A stretch of 64,000 nucleotides of DNA from contig JAETSN010000009.1 in assembly GCA_021769625.1 (NCBI GenBank), positions 3,052-67,051 of the forward strand. The letters run 5' to 3'. Position numbers and translations under genes: made by a program. Source of the DNA: [Clostridium] symbiosum. GTDB taxonomy: Bacteria > Bacillota > Clostridia > Lachnospirales > Lachnospiraceae. This document shows positions 1 through 9,112 of the stretch, one piece after another (the first letter of the stretch is position 1; every line of letters starts with the position of its first letter). Below the pieces are notes generated by a model, which was not told the origin of the DNA, searched no databases, and saw only the letters and a list, made by a program, of their open reading frames with translations.

Positions 1-302
1 TTCAGTTCGGGGATCAACTGAAAAGACTGGAACACAAAACCGATATTTCTTCTGCGGAAGATCGTGCGCTGCTGTTCCTTCATCACCAGGAAATTTTCGC
101 CGTTCAGCCAGATGCTGCCGCCGGTCGGGGAATCCAGCCCGCCGATACAGTTCAGCAGCGTACTTTTACCGGAACCGGAAGCTCCCACCACCGCCGCGAA
201 CTCTCCTTTCTCCATGGAAAAAGAGACATCTCTCAATGCTCTCACCGCATTTTCCCCGGTGCCATAGGTCTTACATAAGTTTTGTACCCTTAAAATCTCC
301 AT
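1..302 (-). CDS. ABC transporter ATP-binding protein (LolD/MacB-like), 5' part; runs off the window edge
   Basis: Manual translation from ATG at 302 (RBS GAAAGGA): MEILRVQNLCKTYGTGENAVRALRDVSFSMEKGEFAAVVGASGSGKSTLLNCIGGLDSPTGG...RRRNIGFVFQSFQLIPEL, with Walker A GASGSGKS. Not in the ORF track. Confidence 0.9.
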   Translation of the reverse strand, partial: MEILRVQNLCKTYGTGENAVRALRDVSFSMEKGEFAAVVGASGSGKSTLLNCIGGLDSPTGGSIWLNGENFLVMKEQQRTIFRRRNIGFVFQSFQLIPEL

Positions 303-466
303 ATACCATCCTTTCTTTCCATGCGCGGTTCTATCATATATGTCCGGCACGGAACTTTACATCGAGGTCTTACTTCCCCTTCTTCCACATAGAATACAAA
401 ACTCAGCTTACGACCAGATGAATTTCACCTTACAATTTTGTAAGCTCTCTAACACAACATCCCTTA

Positions 467-676
467 GTTAGCACCTCAGCCAGCAGCGAGAATCATAAAA
501 TCCTCAAGGAGCCCTTTGAAAAACGCCGGCACAATTAGCAAATGTGAAATTTAAAAGGCAAAATTTCACATGGTATCTCACGAGCTTAGTGTCCGCTGCG
601 TTATTTCACAGGCTCTTGCAAAACAGAGCCGGCGAGAGCGTGGCGACGGAGGATTTTATGATTCTCGCTGCGTCCG
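467..676 (-). repeat. Structured intergenic repeat, copy 1 of 4 (with two extra internal hairpins)
   Basis: Perfect 23-bp inverted repeat 483-505/649-671 enclosing the core AAGGAGCCCTTTGAAAAACG...GCGAGAGCGTGGCGACG shared with 7011-7167, 23521-23667 and 50451-50626. Confidence 0.92.
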
Positions 677-690
677 GTTCCAACACCCCC

Positions 691-1917
691 TTATCCTCCC
701 CCCGGAAAAGAAATCAAAAATGTGCTTCCGCTCCCCTCCTCACTCTCCGCACTGATCGTTCCCCCCTGTCCTTCCACAATAGATCTGGCAAGGGAAAGCC
801 CCAGCCCTATGCCCTGACTGCTCTGGCTGCCCTTACTTCTGTAAAACCGCTTGAAAATATGGTGGATATCCTCTTCCGATATCCCCTCCCCCGTGTCCTT
901 TACCATAAAGCGCGTCATAAGAGGCGTCTGTTCCCATGATATGGTGATCCTATCCCCTTCTTCTGTATGGTCCAATGCGTTTTTCACGATATTCCCGAGA
1001 GCTTCCCTGCTCCACTCCATATCGCACCGCACCTTCGCCTTCTCTTCCCCGGACAGGATTATTTTCTTGTTTTCCTTCTTCGCCCTTTCCTCCAGTTCTT
1101 CCAGCGCCTGCATGACAAGCTCGGACGCGTCAAAAAGCTTCCTGGAGAAAGAAATATTTCCCGCATCCAGCCTGGTGATCTTCAAAAGAGAGCTGATCAG
1201 CCCCTCCATCCTCAGCAATGCCGTCTCGGATTTTTTCGCAAAGGTGATGACCGTTTCAGCCCTGTCCGCCTCGTTTATCATGATCTCCTGATACATGGAC
1301 AGCGCCGCCAGCGGTGTTTTCAGCTGATGGGAAATATCCGAGACCGTGCTTTTCAAAAATTCTTTCACCTGATTTTCCGTCTCATGCTTTGTTTTCAGCA
1401 TAGCCGCCATAAAATTGATGCCGGAAAACAGTTGGTACAATGTACCCTCGTAAAGTTCCGGAAGCCTTGCGGAAAAATCATTGTCCGTGTAGCTTTCCAC
1501 TATCCCGATCGCCGTCCTGTATATATCGTCCCTTTTTTTCAGATATCGGAAAACACTCGCAAAGATCAGTATAAAAAACAATGCGCCGCACAAAGAGACG
1601 ATCGTTCTTTCTGCAGCGCAAAACCGATAAACCTCCGGCATAAAACGGATATCCGTATTTTCCGACATACCGGCCTGATATAAAAGCATCTCCCCGGATG
1701 CAAGGGGCTCTTCGGACAGCACCGCTTTCGCCACAACCTCCTTCTCGATCCCCTGTTCCAGCAGAAAAGAGGCGATCGCCGCATCATGCCGAAACAGCAT
1801 ATTCCGCATCCTGCTCTCCCTGTATCCTGTCAGCACCAGTCCTGTCACTGCCGCCAGAACGAAAATGCAGCACATCTGTGCCAGAAAAATCCCGGTATGC
1901 TTTTCTTTCCAAAACAT
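691..1917 (-). CDS. Sensor histidine kinase (HisKA/HATPase_c)
   Basis: H-box ISHQLKTPL, N-box NIVKNALDH, G boxes DTGEGI and GIGLGLS; two N-terminal hydrophobic segments. Confidence 0.95.
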   Translation of the reverse strand: MFWKEKHTGIFLAQMCCIFVLAAVTGLVLTGYRESRMRNMLFRHDAAIASFLLEQGIEKEVVAKAVLSEEPLASGEMLLYQAGMSENTDIRFMPEVYRFCAAERTIVSLCGALFFILIFASVFRYLKKRDDIYRTAIGIVESYTDNDFSARLPELYEGTLYQLFSGINFMAAMLKTKHETENQVKEFLKSTVSDISHQLKTPLAALSMYQEIMINEADRAETVITFAKKSETALLRMEGLISSLLKITRLDAGNISFSRKLFDASELVMQALEELEERAKKENKKIILSGEEKAKVRCDMEWSREALGNIVKNALDHTEEGDRITISWEQTPLMTRFMVKDTGEGISEEDIHHIFKRFYRSKGSQSSQGIGLGLSLARSIVEGQGGTISAESEEGSGSTFLISFPGGG

Positions 1918-2606
1918 TATATCTCCACCTCATTCCATCGGTATCCGAGGCCTCTCACCGTTGTCAGGCGTCTTGGGCTGGACGGATCTTCCTCTATTTT
2001 TTCCCGCAGCCGCCTGATATAGACGGAAAGCGTATTGTCATCCACAAAATTGCCGCCGCTGTCCCAGAGTTCCTCCAGGATCATATTTCTTGTCACGACA
2101 ATGCCCTCATTTCGGACCAGCAGACAGAGCAGGCGGTATTCCGCCCCTGTCAGCTCCAGTATACTGCCGCCGCGCAGCACCCGTCCCTTATCCAGTTCTA
2201 TCGTGATCTCTCCCGACTGCAGCAGGTTTCTCTCCTTACCGGAAAGCCCGGCCCGGCGCAGGAGCGCATGGATCCTGGAGCAAAGTTCCCCCAACCTGAA
2301 AGGCTTTGTCACATAATCGTCCCCGCCGCCGTCGAGTCCCCTGACAACGCTCATCTCGTCGTCCGCCGCCGTCAAAAAAAGGATCGGCACCCGGCTGCCC
2401 TCCCCGCGCACGGCTTCGCATATTTCGAAGCCCGTCCCGTCGGGAAGCGCCACATCCAGCAGCAACAGGTCAAATTTCTGTTTCAGGCATTCCCTCGCCT
2501 CCCTGACGCTGCCGGCGACCTCTATCTCATATCCGTTTTTTGTGAGGGCATACTGCAGCCCGTCCACCAGGGCGGCGTCGTCCTCCAATAATAAGATCCT
2601 GCTCAT
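1917..2606 (-). CDS. OmpR-family response regulator
   Basis: ILLLEDD, LLLLDVALPDG, DDYVTKPF, C-terminal TVRGLGYRW winged helix; abuts the kinase gene. Confidence 0.95.
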   Translation of the reverse strand: MSRILLLEDDAALVDGLQYALTKNGYEIEVAGSVREARECLKQKFDLLLLDVALPDGTGFEICEAVRGEGSRVPILFLTAADDEMSVVRGLDGGGDDYVTKPFRLGELCSRIHALLRRAGLSGKERNLLQSGEITIELDKGRVLRGGSILELTGAEYRLLCLLVRNEGIVVTRNMILEELWDSGGNFVDDNTLSVYIRRLREKIEEDPSSPRRLTTVRGLGYRWNEVEI

Positions 2607-3091
2607 AAAAATATTCCTATGATCCGCTGTATAAAGTTATAGAGCATATTGTGCCGGTATAAAAAATCAAGAAATCTGTTTGCGGTGATCAGCGTGACAA
2701 GCGGCTCCCCGTTTATCGGGATATTCAGACAGGATATCACGGCAAAGCCCACCCAGATCACCACTGTCGCCTCGATCACGCCAGCCAGTGTTCCCAGAAA
2801 TTTATTCAACCAGTTTAAGAGCGGCAGTTTGGCGATCAGCCCCAGAGAGCAGAACACCATCCTGATCACCTTTCTTGCGATCAGGATGACAAGCAGGATG
2901 ATCCCTGACACCAGAAAGCCAATCAGGTTTTTCCCCAGCACGGACTCGATCACGATGATCCCCGACACCACCATGGCGGAAACGATGACCGTATCCGCCA
3001 GCGCTCCCACCTCATCGATCAGCCCGTTGCGAGAACCATTGAAGATCCTCCATATGTAGATCAATATCACAATTCCCAAAACAATATACAT
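2603..3091 (-). CDS. CvpA-family membrane protein
   Basis: Multi-TM protein with NGxRNGLIDE and LNKFLGTLAG motifs typical of CvpA. Confidence 0.7.
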   Translation of the reverse strand: MYIVLGIVILIYIWRIFNGSRNGLIDEVGALADTVIVSAMVVSGIIVIESVLGKNLIGFLVSGIILLVILIARKVIRMVFCSLGLIAKLPLLNWLNKFLGTLAGVIEATVVIWVGFAVISCLNIPINGEPLVTLITANRFLDFLYRHNMLYNFIQRIIGIFL

Positions 3092-3108
3092 GTTACTCTG
3101 TTCTTCCT

Positions 3109-4287
3109 TTAATTCAGTTCTATCTCGTCAATGGAATCCTGGCTCACCAGCGTAAATTTCCTGACGGAATCCCCGGGCAGCAGAAGGCTGATGCTCTTAT
3201 CCATCGTCCCGTTAAATTTCTCCACGCCGGAAAAGCTGTAGATACAGCATTCCGCCTCTCCGTAAATATAAATATTCTCCCCTTTCAGGACCACATTCCG
3301 GTACTCCGTGTCAAAGCCCTGGCTGAGACAGTTCTTCCCGGTACTGTCATAGACATTTATCATATATTTACTGCTTCCCGTCGTATCATATGACACCAAT
3401 GCCACATATGTTTCATTATGATAGATCGAGCGTACCTCTCCTTCCAGCATCACTTCCGATTTGCTCACAGGCTTCTGGGCTCCCTCGTAAAACGCCAGTC
3501 TGTCGTCCGCCACCGCAAACGCCAGCTCGGAAGTCATAAAGCACACATAGGGGACCACCGACGGATAATTATAGCCGCTCATGTAATTGTCCACCTCGTT
3601 TTGCCCGACTTCCCCGAAATTATAGAAAGCCACGCTGGATTTCACCGCCCCCTCCTCCTCGGAGATATAAGATACCATGGCAAGATTGCTGTTCGGCGAG
3701 AGGGATATATTGATCGGATAGCCAAACTGGCTCATAGTCGTCTTAAAGCGGATCGCGATCTCTCCCTTGCTGTTATAGAGGTAGATCCATGTGATGTCCG
3801 AGTCGTCCAGCACCGCCGCGACCACACCGTTCTCCGCCACCGAGAGCGCCCTGATCGGCATATTGGTCGCGATCTCTCCCAAAATGCCCTGCATGTTCAT
3901 CACATAGATATTTCTTCCGTTGTAATCCCCGAAAGCGATCGTTGTATTGCTGACCGCAACGATCGGGTCCTGCATCTCATAAGTTTCATTCCAGATCGCC
4001 TTTCCCCTCGCATCAAAACAGCTCGCGCCGTCATTGCTGTATGTCAGGATATAGTCCCCGAGAGCAATAGTCTTCGCGTTGGAAGATACATTCCTCTCAT
4101 AGCTGTCCGTTGTCGTATATTCTGTATAAACCCTGTTTTTCTGGGTGATCCAGACTGCTGCCGCCACCGCTGTCATGAGCACTATGATAAGCGCACCCTG
4201 ATATAACCTGTGAAGCCGATGTTTGACGATCTTGTCCGAGTAGTGTTCTCTTTTCGAACCTTCCGGCTTTTCCTTTCTTTTAAACAT
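3109..4287 (-). CDS. Membrane-anchored beta-propeller-like protein (DUF5711-like)
   Basis: One N-terminal TM helix followed by repeated beta-strand units. Start set at ATG 4287 (RBS AAAGGTGG) rather than 4356. Confidence 0.7.
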   Translation of the reverse strand: MFKRKEKPEGSKREHYSDKIVKHRLHRLYQGALIIVLMTAVAAAVWITQKNRVYTEYTTTDSYERNVSSNAKTIALGDYILTYSNDGASCFDARGKAIWNETYEMQDPIVAVSNTTIAFGDYNGRNIYVMNMQGILGEIATNMPIRALSVAENGVVAAVLDDSDITWIYLYNSKGEIAIRFKTTMSQFGYPINISLSPNSNLAMVSYISEEEGAVKSSVAFYNFGEVGQNEVDNYMSGYNYPSVVPYVCFMTSELAFAVADDRLAFYEGAQKPVSKSEVMLEGEVRSIYHNETYVALVSYDTTGSSKYMINVYDSTGKNCLSQGFDTEYRNVVLKGENIYIYGEAECCIYSFSGVEKFNGTMDKSISLLLPGDSVRKFTLVSQDSIDEIELN

Positions 4288-4482
4288 AGTTCCACCTTTT
4301 TTCATCTGCAGCCATGCCGCGGGAAAAACGCCCGGGCTGATAACTTTTCTAATCATAGCACATCACCATGCCTTATTCAAATTTTTTCTGCAAAGCCATC
4401 TATGACAGAGCCGGACACCGCGAAAATAATAAGATCCTCCGGTGCCAACTTAATGACATTGCGACTGATCTGTTAACCGAAA

Positions 4483-4511
4483 AAAGGATATGGCGATCTG
4501 CCATATCCTTT
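4483..4511 (-). terminator. Intrinsic terminator after galM
   Basis: 12-bp stem AAAGGATATGGC/GCCATATCCTTT followed by a U-run on the minus strand. Confidence 0.8.
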
Positions 4512-4555
4512 GTAATGTTTTCACTCTCTATCTTTTGTTTTTCAGCCGCCTGCTC

Positions 4556-5605
4556 TCAGACATTGCAGAACCTGTATACCGTGCTGGATGTGTACTGTCT
4601 GTCCGGTCCGAATACTGTATCCGGAAAGTTTTCCCTGTTCACGGAATCCGGGAAGAACTGTGTCTCCAGAGCCAGTCCGCATCTGTCGTGGTATTTTACG
4701 CCCGATTTGCCGTCCTGTTCCCCGATAAAGTTTCCGGCGTAGAACTGGATGCCCGGCAGAGTTGTATAAACTCTCATCACCCTGCTCGTCCCCGGCGCCG
4801 TGACTTTTGCCACAAGCTGAAGCTGTCCGTCCACATCATCCAGCACCCAGTTGTGGTCATAGCCGCCTCCGATCCGAAGCTGTTCAAAATCTGTGCCGAT
4901 CTCCTCCCCGATCGTCTTTGCCTTCGTAAAATCCATGGGTGTTCCCGCCACGGGAGCAATCTCCCCGGTGGGAATGGAACCCGCCGCCGTAGGGGTGTAA
5001 CACGAAGCCTTCAGCCAGAGCACATGGTCCTCTATGCTGCCGCCGTCCTGTCCCCTCAAGTTGAAATAGCTGTGGTTCGTGGGATTTAAAACAGTCCGCT
5101 TATCACTGGCAAAATGATAATCCAGCCTCAACTCATTTTCATCCGTCAGTGTATAGGTCATTTCCAGCCTTCTGTTTCCCGGGAACCCCATAGAACCGTC
5201 CTCATCCTGCAAGGACAGTTTTATGCTGTTTCCGCCCTCCTCCACGCTGAAAACCCTTACATGATATCCTTTTTCCCTGTCGCTGTGCAGATTATTTCCA
5301 TTTTCATTTGCCGGAACCTGATACTGCGTGCCGTCGATCGTAAACTTTGCCCCGCCGATACGGTTTGCGTTCGGTCCCACGGCAGCGCCCAAAAACCCCG
5401 GATTCTCAAAATATGGCTCCAGCGTATCGTGCCCCAATACCACATCCGCCGCTTTCCCGTCCTTATCAGGCACCCACAGCTCCCGTATGATCCCGCCGTA
5501 ATTCAGGATCTTGGCGCACATGCCGTTTTTATTTTCAATGCGGTATTCATAGACCGCTTTGCCGCTCTTTTTATCCGTTCCGAATACTTTTTTTGTAAGG
5601 CTCAT
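4556..5605 (-). CDS. galM: Aldose 1-epimerase (galactose mutarotase)
   Basis: GPNANRIG, NNLHS, LNPTNHSYFNL, GYDHNW and LETQFFPD motifs. Confidence 0.95.
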   Translation of the reverse strand: MSLTKKVFGTDKKSGKAVYEYRIENKNGMCAKILNYGGIIRELWVPDKDGKAADVVLGHDTLEPYFENPGFLGAAVGPNANRIGGAKFTIDGTQYQVPANENGNNLHSDREKGYHVRVFSVEEGGNSIKLSLQDEDGSMGFPGNRRLEMTYTLTDENELRLDYHFASDKRTVLNPTNHSYFNLRGQDGGSIEDHVLWLKASCYTPTAAGSIPTGEIAPVAGTPMDFTKAKTIGEEIGTDFEQLRIGGGYDHNWVLDDVDGQLQLVAKVTAPGTSRVMRVYTTLPGIQFYAGNFIGEQDGKSGVKYHDRCGLALETQFFPDSVNRENFPDTVFGPDRQYTSSTVYRFCNV

Positions 5606-5748
5606 TTCATTCTCCTGTTATTCCGGTGCCGCACAGGCTCTTCCGGCGCGCCCTGTCCACGGCGCTTCCAGCCGGGCTTATGCCGTCTTAGCTGATCGTT
5701 GTTTCGTTTTTGTATACCGCTTACTTCATTTTGTGCCGTAACTGCCGC

Positions 5749-6345
5749 TCACAGTTCCACTCTGCCCTCCAGGGCACGCAGCAGCGTCACTTCATCAATA
5801 TTCTCCAGATCGCCGCCCACCGGCACGCCGCTGGCGATCCTCGTCACTTTGATCCCTGTGGGCTTCACGAGTTTGCTGATATACATCGCCGTGGTCTCCC
5901 CCTCCAGAGAGGAATTCGTCGCAATGATCACTTCCTCTATATCGCCCTCCAGCCGTACCATCAGTTCCTTCAGCCTGATATCCCCCGGCCCGATCCCGAG
6001 CATCGGGGAGATACAGCCGTGGAGCACATGGTAGACGCCCTCGTATTTTCCGGTTTTCTCGTATGCCGCCAGGTCTCTGGGGTTCTCCACCACCATAATG
6101 AGCCTGTGATTCCTGTGCGGGTTCTCACAGACCGGACATTTCTCCCGGTCCGTCAACGTATAGCACTCCTCACAGTAGCGGACATTGTCCCTCGCCTCCA
6201 CGAGCGTTTTTGCCATCCGGTCCACACGGTCCTTCGGCATATTGATGATATAAAACGCCAGCCGCTGTGCCGACTTTTCCCCGATGCCCGGAAGAGACGC
6301 CAGTTCATCGATCAGTTTATTGATATGGCCACTGTACAGTTCCAT
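5749..6345 (-). CDS. recR: Recombination mediator RecR
   Basis: LPGIGEKSAQRLA HhH motif, C4 zinc finger (CEEC...CPVC), TOPRIM region EVIIATNSSLEGETTA. Confidence 0.98.
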   Translation of the reverse strand: MELYSGHINKLIDELASLPGIGEKSAQRLAFYIINMPKDRVDRMAKTLVEARDNVRYCEECYTLTDREKCPVCENPHRNHRLIMVVENPRDLAAYEKTGKYEGVYHVLHGCISPMLGIGPGDIRLKELMVRLEGDIEEVIIATNSSLEGETTAMYISKLVKPTGIKVTRIASGVPVGGDLENIDEVTLLRALEGRVEL

Positions 6346-6686
6346 CAGAAAGGCAGGCCTCCTGTCATCTTGCCCATCAGTTCACTGTTCGCCGCCTCCG
6401 CCTGTTTCAGCGCTTCGTTTGCCGCCGCCATGATCATATCTTCCAATGTCTCGATGTCCTCCGGGTCCACCGCCTCTTCCGAAAGTTTGATCTTCGTGAT
6501 CTCCTTCTTGCCGGTAACGGTCACTTCCACGGCGCCGCCGCCCGCTTTCGCCGTAAATTCCTTTGTCTCCAGCTCTTTCTGGTTCTCCTCCAACTGGCGC
6601 TGCATCCTCTGCGCCTGCTTCATCAGATTGTTCATATTTCCGGGCATACCCATCATGCCGCCCGGAAAGCCGCCTCTCTTTGCCAT
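6345..6686 (-). CDS. ybaB: YbaB/EbfC nucleoid-associated protein
   Basis: MNNLMKQAQRMQ, AGGGAVEV, DPEDIETLED; canonical position between dnaX and recR. Confidence 0.95.
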   Translation of the reverse strand: MAKRGGFPGGMMGMPGNMNNLMKQAQRMQRQLEENQKELETKEFTAKAGGGAVEVTVTGKKEITKIKLSEEAVDPEDIETLEDMIMAAANEALKQAEAANSELMGKMTGGLPF

Positions 6687-6733
6687 ATCTGCTCCTCCAT
6701 CTGACCGCCTTTACAATTTCTTATGATACACTG

Positions 6734-6880
6734 TCAATCTTCCAGTGTCTGCTGCAGATTATCTGCCACTTTTTGCAGCTTTTCTTTTTCTTTACCATCC
6801 GCCATGTTTTCAAGTACTTCCCTGATATCATCCAATACAAATCTTACAAAACCTTTGAATTGACCGTCTGTCATCCCCAT
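6734..6880 (-). CDS. Small hypothetical protein, 48 aa (below the ORF-track cutoff)
   Basis: RBS GCAGGTG then ATG at 6880: MGMTDGQFKGFVRFVLDDIREVLENMADGKEKEKLQKVADNLQQTLED; amphipathic helical pattern. Confidence 0.65.
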   Translation of the reverse strand: MGMTDGQFKGFVRFVLDDIREVLENMADGKEKEKLQKVADNLQQTLED

Positions 6881-7010
6881 ACGATCACCTGCTTTCTATA
6901 TTCAGACTTATCTGCCACACCATAACTATATCACAGCTTTTGCGGAAAGTCTATTCTAACGGCAGATTATCTCCATCGGAGAATAACAGTTCAGCTTTCT
7001 ATATTATTTA

Positions 7011-7167
7011 GTTAACACCTCAGCCAGCTGGTAAGAACATAAAATACTTAAGGAGCCCTTTGAAAAACGCCGGCACTTAGCGAGGTATTTTCGAGCTTAG
7101 TGTCCGCTGCGTTTTTCACAGAGCGAGAGCGTGGCGACGAAGTATTTTATGTTCTTACCAGCGTCCG
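7011..7167 (-). repeat. Structured intergenic repeat, copy 2 of 4 (minimal form)
   Basis: Perfect 23-bp IR 7027-7049/7140-7162; inner IR TGAAAAACGC/GCGTTTTTCA. Confidence 0.92.
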
Positions 7168-7208
7168 GCACCATTGTCTAAATAACATTGTAAGCCGAAC
7201 TGTTACAT

Positions 7209-8789
7209 CTACTCCTCCTCGATCTCCATATGGATAACCTCCCCCAGATCCGGATAATTCATATCCATCCTGCTCTCATCCGCCTCCAGTTCCAGCCGCA
7301 CCTCTATCTGTTTTCCGATCATGCCGGAAATGCTTTCCTCCAGCTCCGTTTTGTGTTCCTGCGTGGAAAGCCAGTCATAGTGCGTGCTGTCCGAAACGAC
7401 CAACATCAGCCGGTTCTCGTCGTCCATACTCAGCCTTGCGCTGCGCAGATAGGTTTTCATCGGTTGTCCGATATGATTTAACAGGCTTCCCCACCTCTCC
7501 ACGACCTGCCTGATATCTTCAGGGATCGCTGCCGGGAGCGGCGCCTTCCTGACATTTGTGTCACTTCCGGCTGTGCATGTCTGCGCCGTGTTTCCGGATG
7601 CCGGAGCCTGCACGCTCTGCAGCGGAATCCCGTTTTCCATTTTTCGCTCCAGCGTCCTGATCCTGTCGGATAAGGATGCCGTGTCGGTCTCCATCTGAGG
7701 GCGGCAGAGTTTGATCAGCGTCATCTCGATCATGATCCGTTTCTGCACTGAGAGGCGGAGCTGCCCGGAAAGCTCGGAAAGCACCCGGATATAGCGCATG
7801 ATCGTCTCCATGTCCGCCATCTGTGCTTCTTCCTTCAACTTTTTCAGATTGTCGGAAGAAACGTCTATCACATCCTCCATATCTCCCGCATCCGAGGTTT
7901 TCAGCAGCAGGAGGTTCCGCAAATACCATGTGAAATCCGCCACAAACTGTACAAGTTCCCGCCCCTGCATGATCACTTCCTCCAGCAGGGCGATGCAGCC
8001 CGGCACATCCTGTGCCAGAACCTTGCGGAGCAGTCCGCTGAACACATCCGTATCTACGGCCCCCAGCACCTCAAGCGCCCTGTCATAGGTCAGTTCCTGT
8101 CCGTAATAAAACGCAATGCACCGCTCCAAAAGGCTCAGCGCATCACGCATGGAACCGTCGGCGGTTTTGGCGATATACCTGAGCGCCCGCTCCTGCACCT
8201 GCACCTCTTCCTTTTCCATCAGTTCCCTGAGCCTGTCCGCGATCGTCTCAATGGAGATCCTCTTAAAGTCGTACCGCTGGCAGCGGGACAGTATCGTGAT
8301 CGGTATCTTATGCACTTCCGTCGTCGCCAGAATAAAGATCACATAGGACGGGGGCTCCTCCAGCGTCTTGAGGAGGGCATTGAACGCCGCCGTGGAGAGC
8401 ATATGCACTTCATCTATGATATAAACTTTATATTTTCCCTCCGCCGGAGAATAGGAAATATCCTCCACGATCTCCCGCACATCATCCACACCGTTGTTGG
8501 ATGCCGCATCCATCTCGATCACATTCATGCCGGTCCCCGCCAGAATATTTTGGCAGGCGGCACATTCCCCGCAGGGACTGCCGTCCACGGGATTTTCACA
8601 GTTCACCGCCCTGGCCAGGATCTTTGCGATCGTCGTCTTTCCGGTTCCCCTCGTCCCCGTAAACAGATAGGCGTGACCGATCCGGTCCGCCCTGATCTGG
8701 TTTTTCAGCGTTGTGACAATATGTTCCTGCCCCTTTACGTCCTCGAAACATAAGGGGCGGAATTTACGGTAGAGCGCTGTATATGACAT
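7209..8789 (-). CDS. dnaX: DNA polymerase III subunit gamma/tau
   Basis: Starts MSYTALYRKFRP (ATG 8789, RBS GGAG); GTRGTGKTT, Zn-binding CENP...CGEC..C, IIDEVHML, SRCQRYDF. The ORF-track extension to 9095 is not supported. Confidence 0.98.
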   Translation of the reverse strand: MSYTALYRKFRPLCFEDVKGQEHIVTTLKNQIRADRIGHAYLFTGTRGTGKTTIAKILARAVNCENPVDGSPCGECAACQNILAGTGMNVIEMDAASNNGVDDVREIVEDISYSPAEGKYKVYIIDEVHMLSTAAFNALLKTLEEPPSYVIFILATTEVHKIPITILSRCQRYDFKRISIETIADRLRELMEKEEVQVQERALRYIAKTADGSMRDALSLLERCIAFYYGQELTYDRALEVLGAVDTDVFSGLLRKVLAQDVPGCIALLEEVIMQGRELVQFVADFTWYLRNLLLLKTSDAGDMEDVIDVSSDNLKKLKEEAQMADMETIMRYIRVLSELSGQLRLSVQKRIMIEMTLIKLCRPQMETDTASLSDRIRTLERKMENGIPLQSVQAPASGNTAQTCTAGSDTNVRKAPLPAAIPEDIRQVVERWGSLLNHIGQPMKTYLRSARLSMDDENRLMLVVSDSTHYDWLSTQEHKTELEESISGMIGKQIEVRLELEADESRMDMNYPDLGEVIHMEIEEE

Positions 8790-8892
8790 CTGTCTTTTCT
8801 CCATTCCAGTTCCGCAAAAATCCTCCCAGCACACTTGAGCGGAAGACAATTTCCAGCCGCCGTGCGTCTGTAAATCGTCTTGTGCGCTGTCC

Positions 8893-8957
8893 GGATTTCT
8901 GCTGTTTCCAGTTCCGCAGATATTTTGGATTTCTGCTGTTTCCAGTTCCGCAGATAT
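8893..8957. repeat. 31-bp tandem direct repeat (two exact copies, 34-bp period) in the dnaX leader
   Basis: GGATTTCTGCTGTTTCCAGTTCCGCAGATAT at 8893-8923 and 8927-8957. Confidence 0.9.
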
Positions 8958-8980
8958 CCCAATACCTGCTGTCTTGAAAA

Positions 8981-9009
8981 TCCCGCAGCCACCCTCTGCG
9001 GCTGCGGGA
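8981..9009 (-). terminator. Probable intrinsic terminator after pfkA
   Basis: Stem TCCCGCAGCC/GGCTGCGGGA followed by a short U-run on the minus strand. Confidence 0.6.
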
Positions 9010-9112
9010 CTCTTCCTGCAATTTCTATCCTCAACAAACACCATTAAGCCACTATCCCAACCAGCCGTGAGAATCAACCTAATGGCATTTATCATAAACT
9101 TATTTTCAGATC

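Noticed and set aside
467-676. Repeat element as a known self-cleaving ribozyme or a simple terminator
   Set aside because: No hammerhead, twister or pistol core was recognisable; there is no U-tract after the stem, and the multi-stem conserved core exceeds what a terminator needs.
7209-8789. Programmed -1 frameshift giving a gamma subunit
   Set aside because: I did not find an A-AAA-AAG slippery heptamer with a downstream hairpin by eye.
8893-8990. Possible mini-CRISPR array
   Set aside because: The 31-bp repeats are separated by only 3 nt, with no unique spacers and no cas genes in the window.
8790-9095. 102-aa N-terminal extension of DnaX in the ORF track
   Set aside because: The conserved DnaX start (MSYTALYRK) has its own RBS at 8789; the extension crosses a terminator and tandem repeats.
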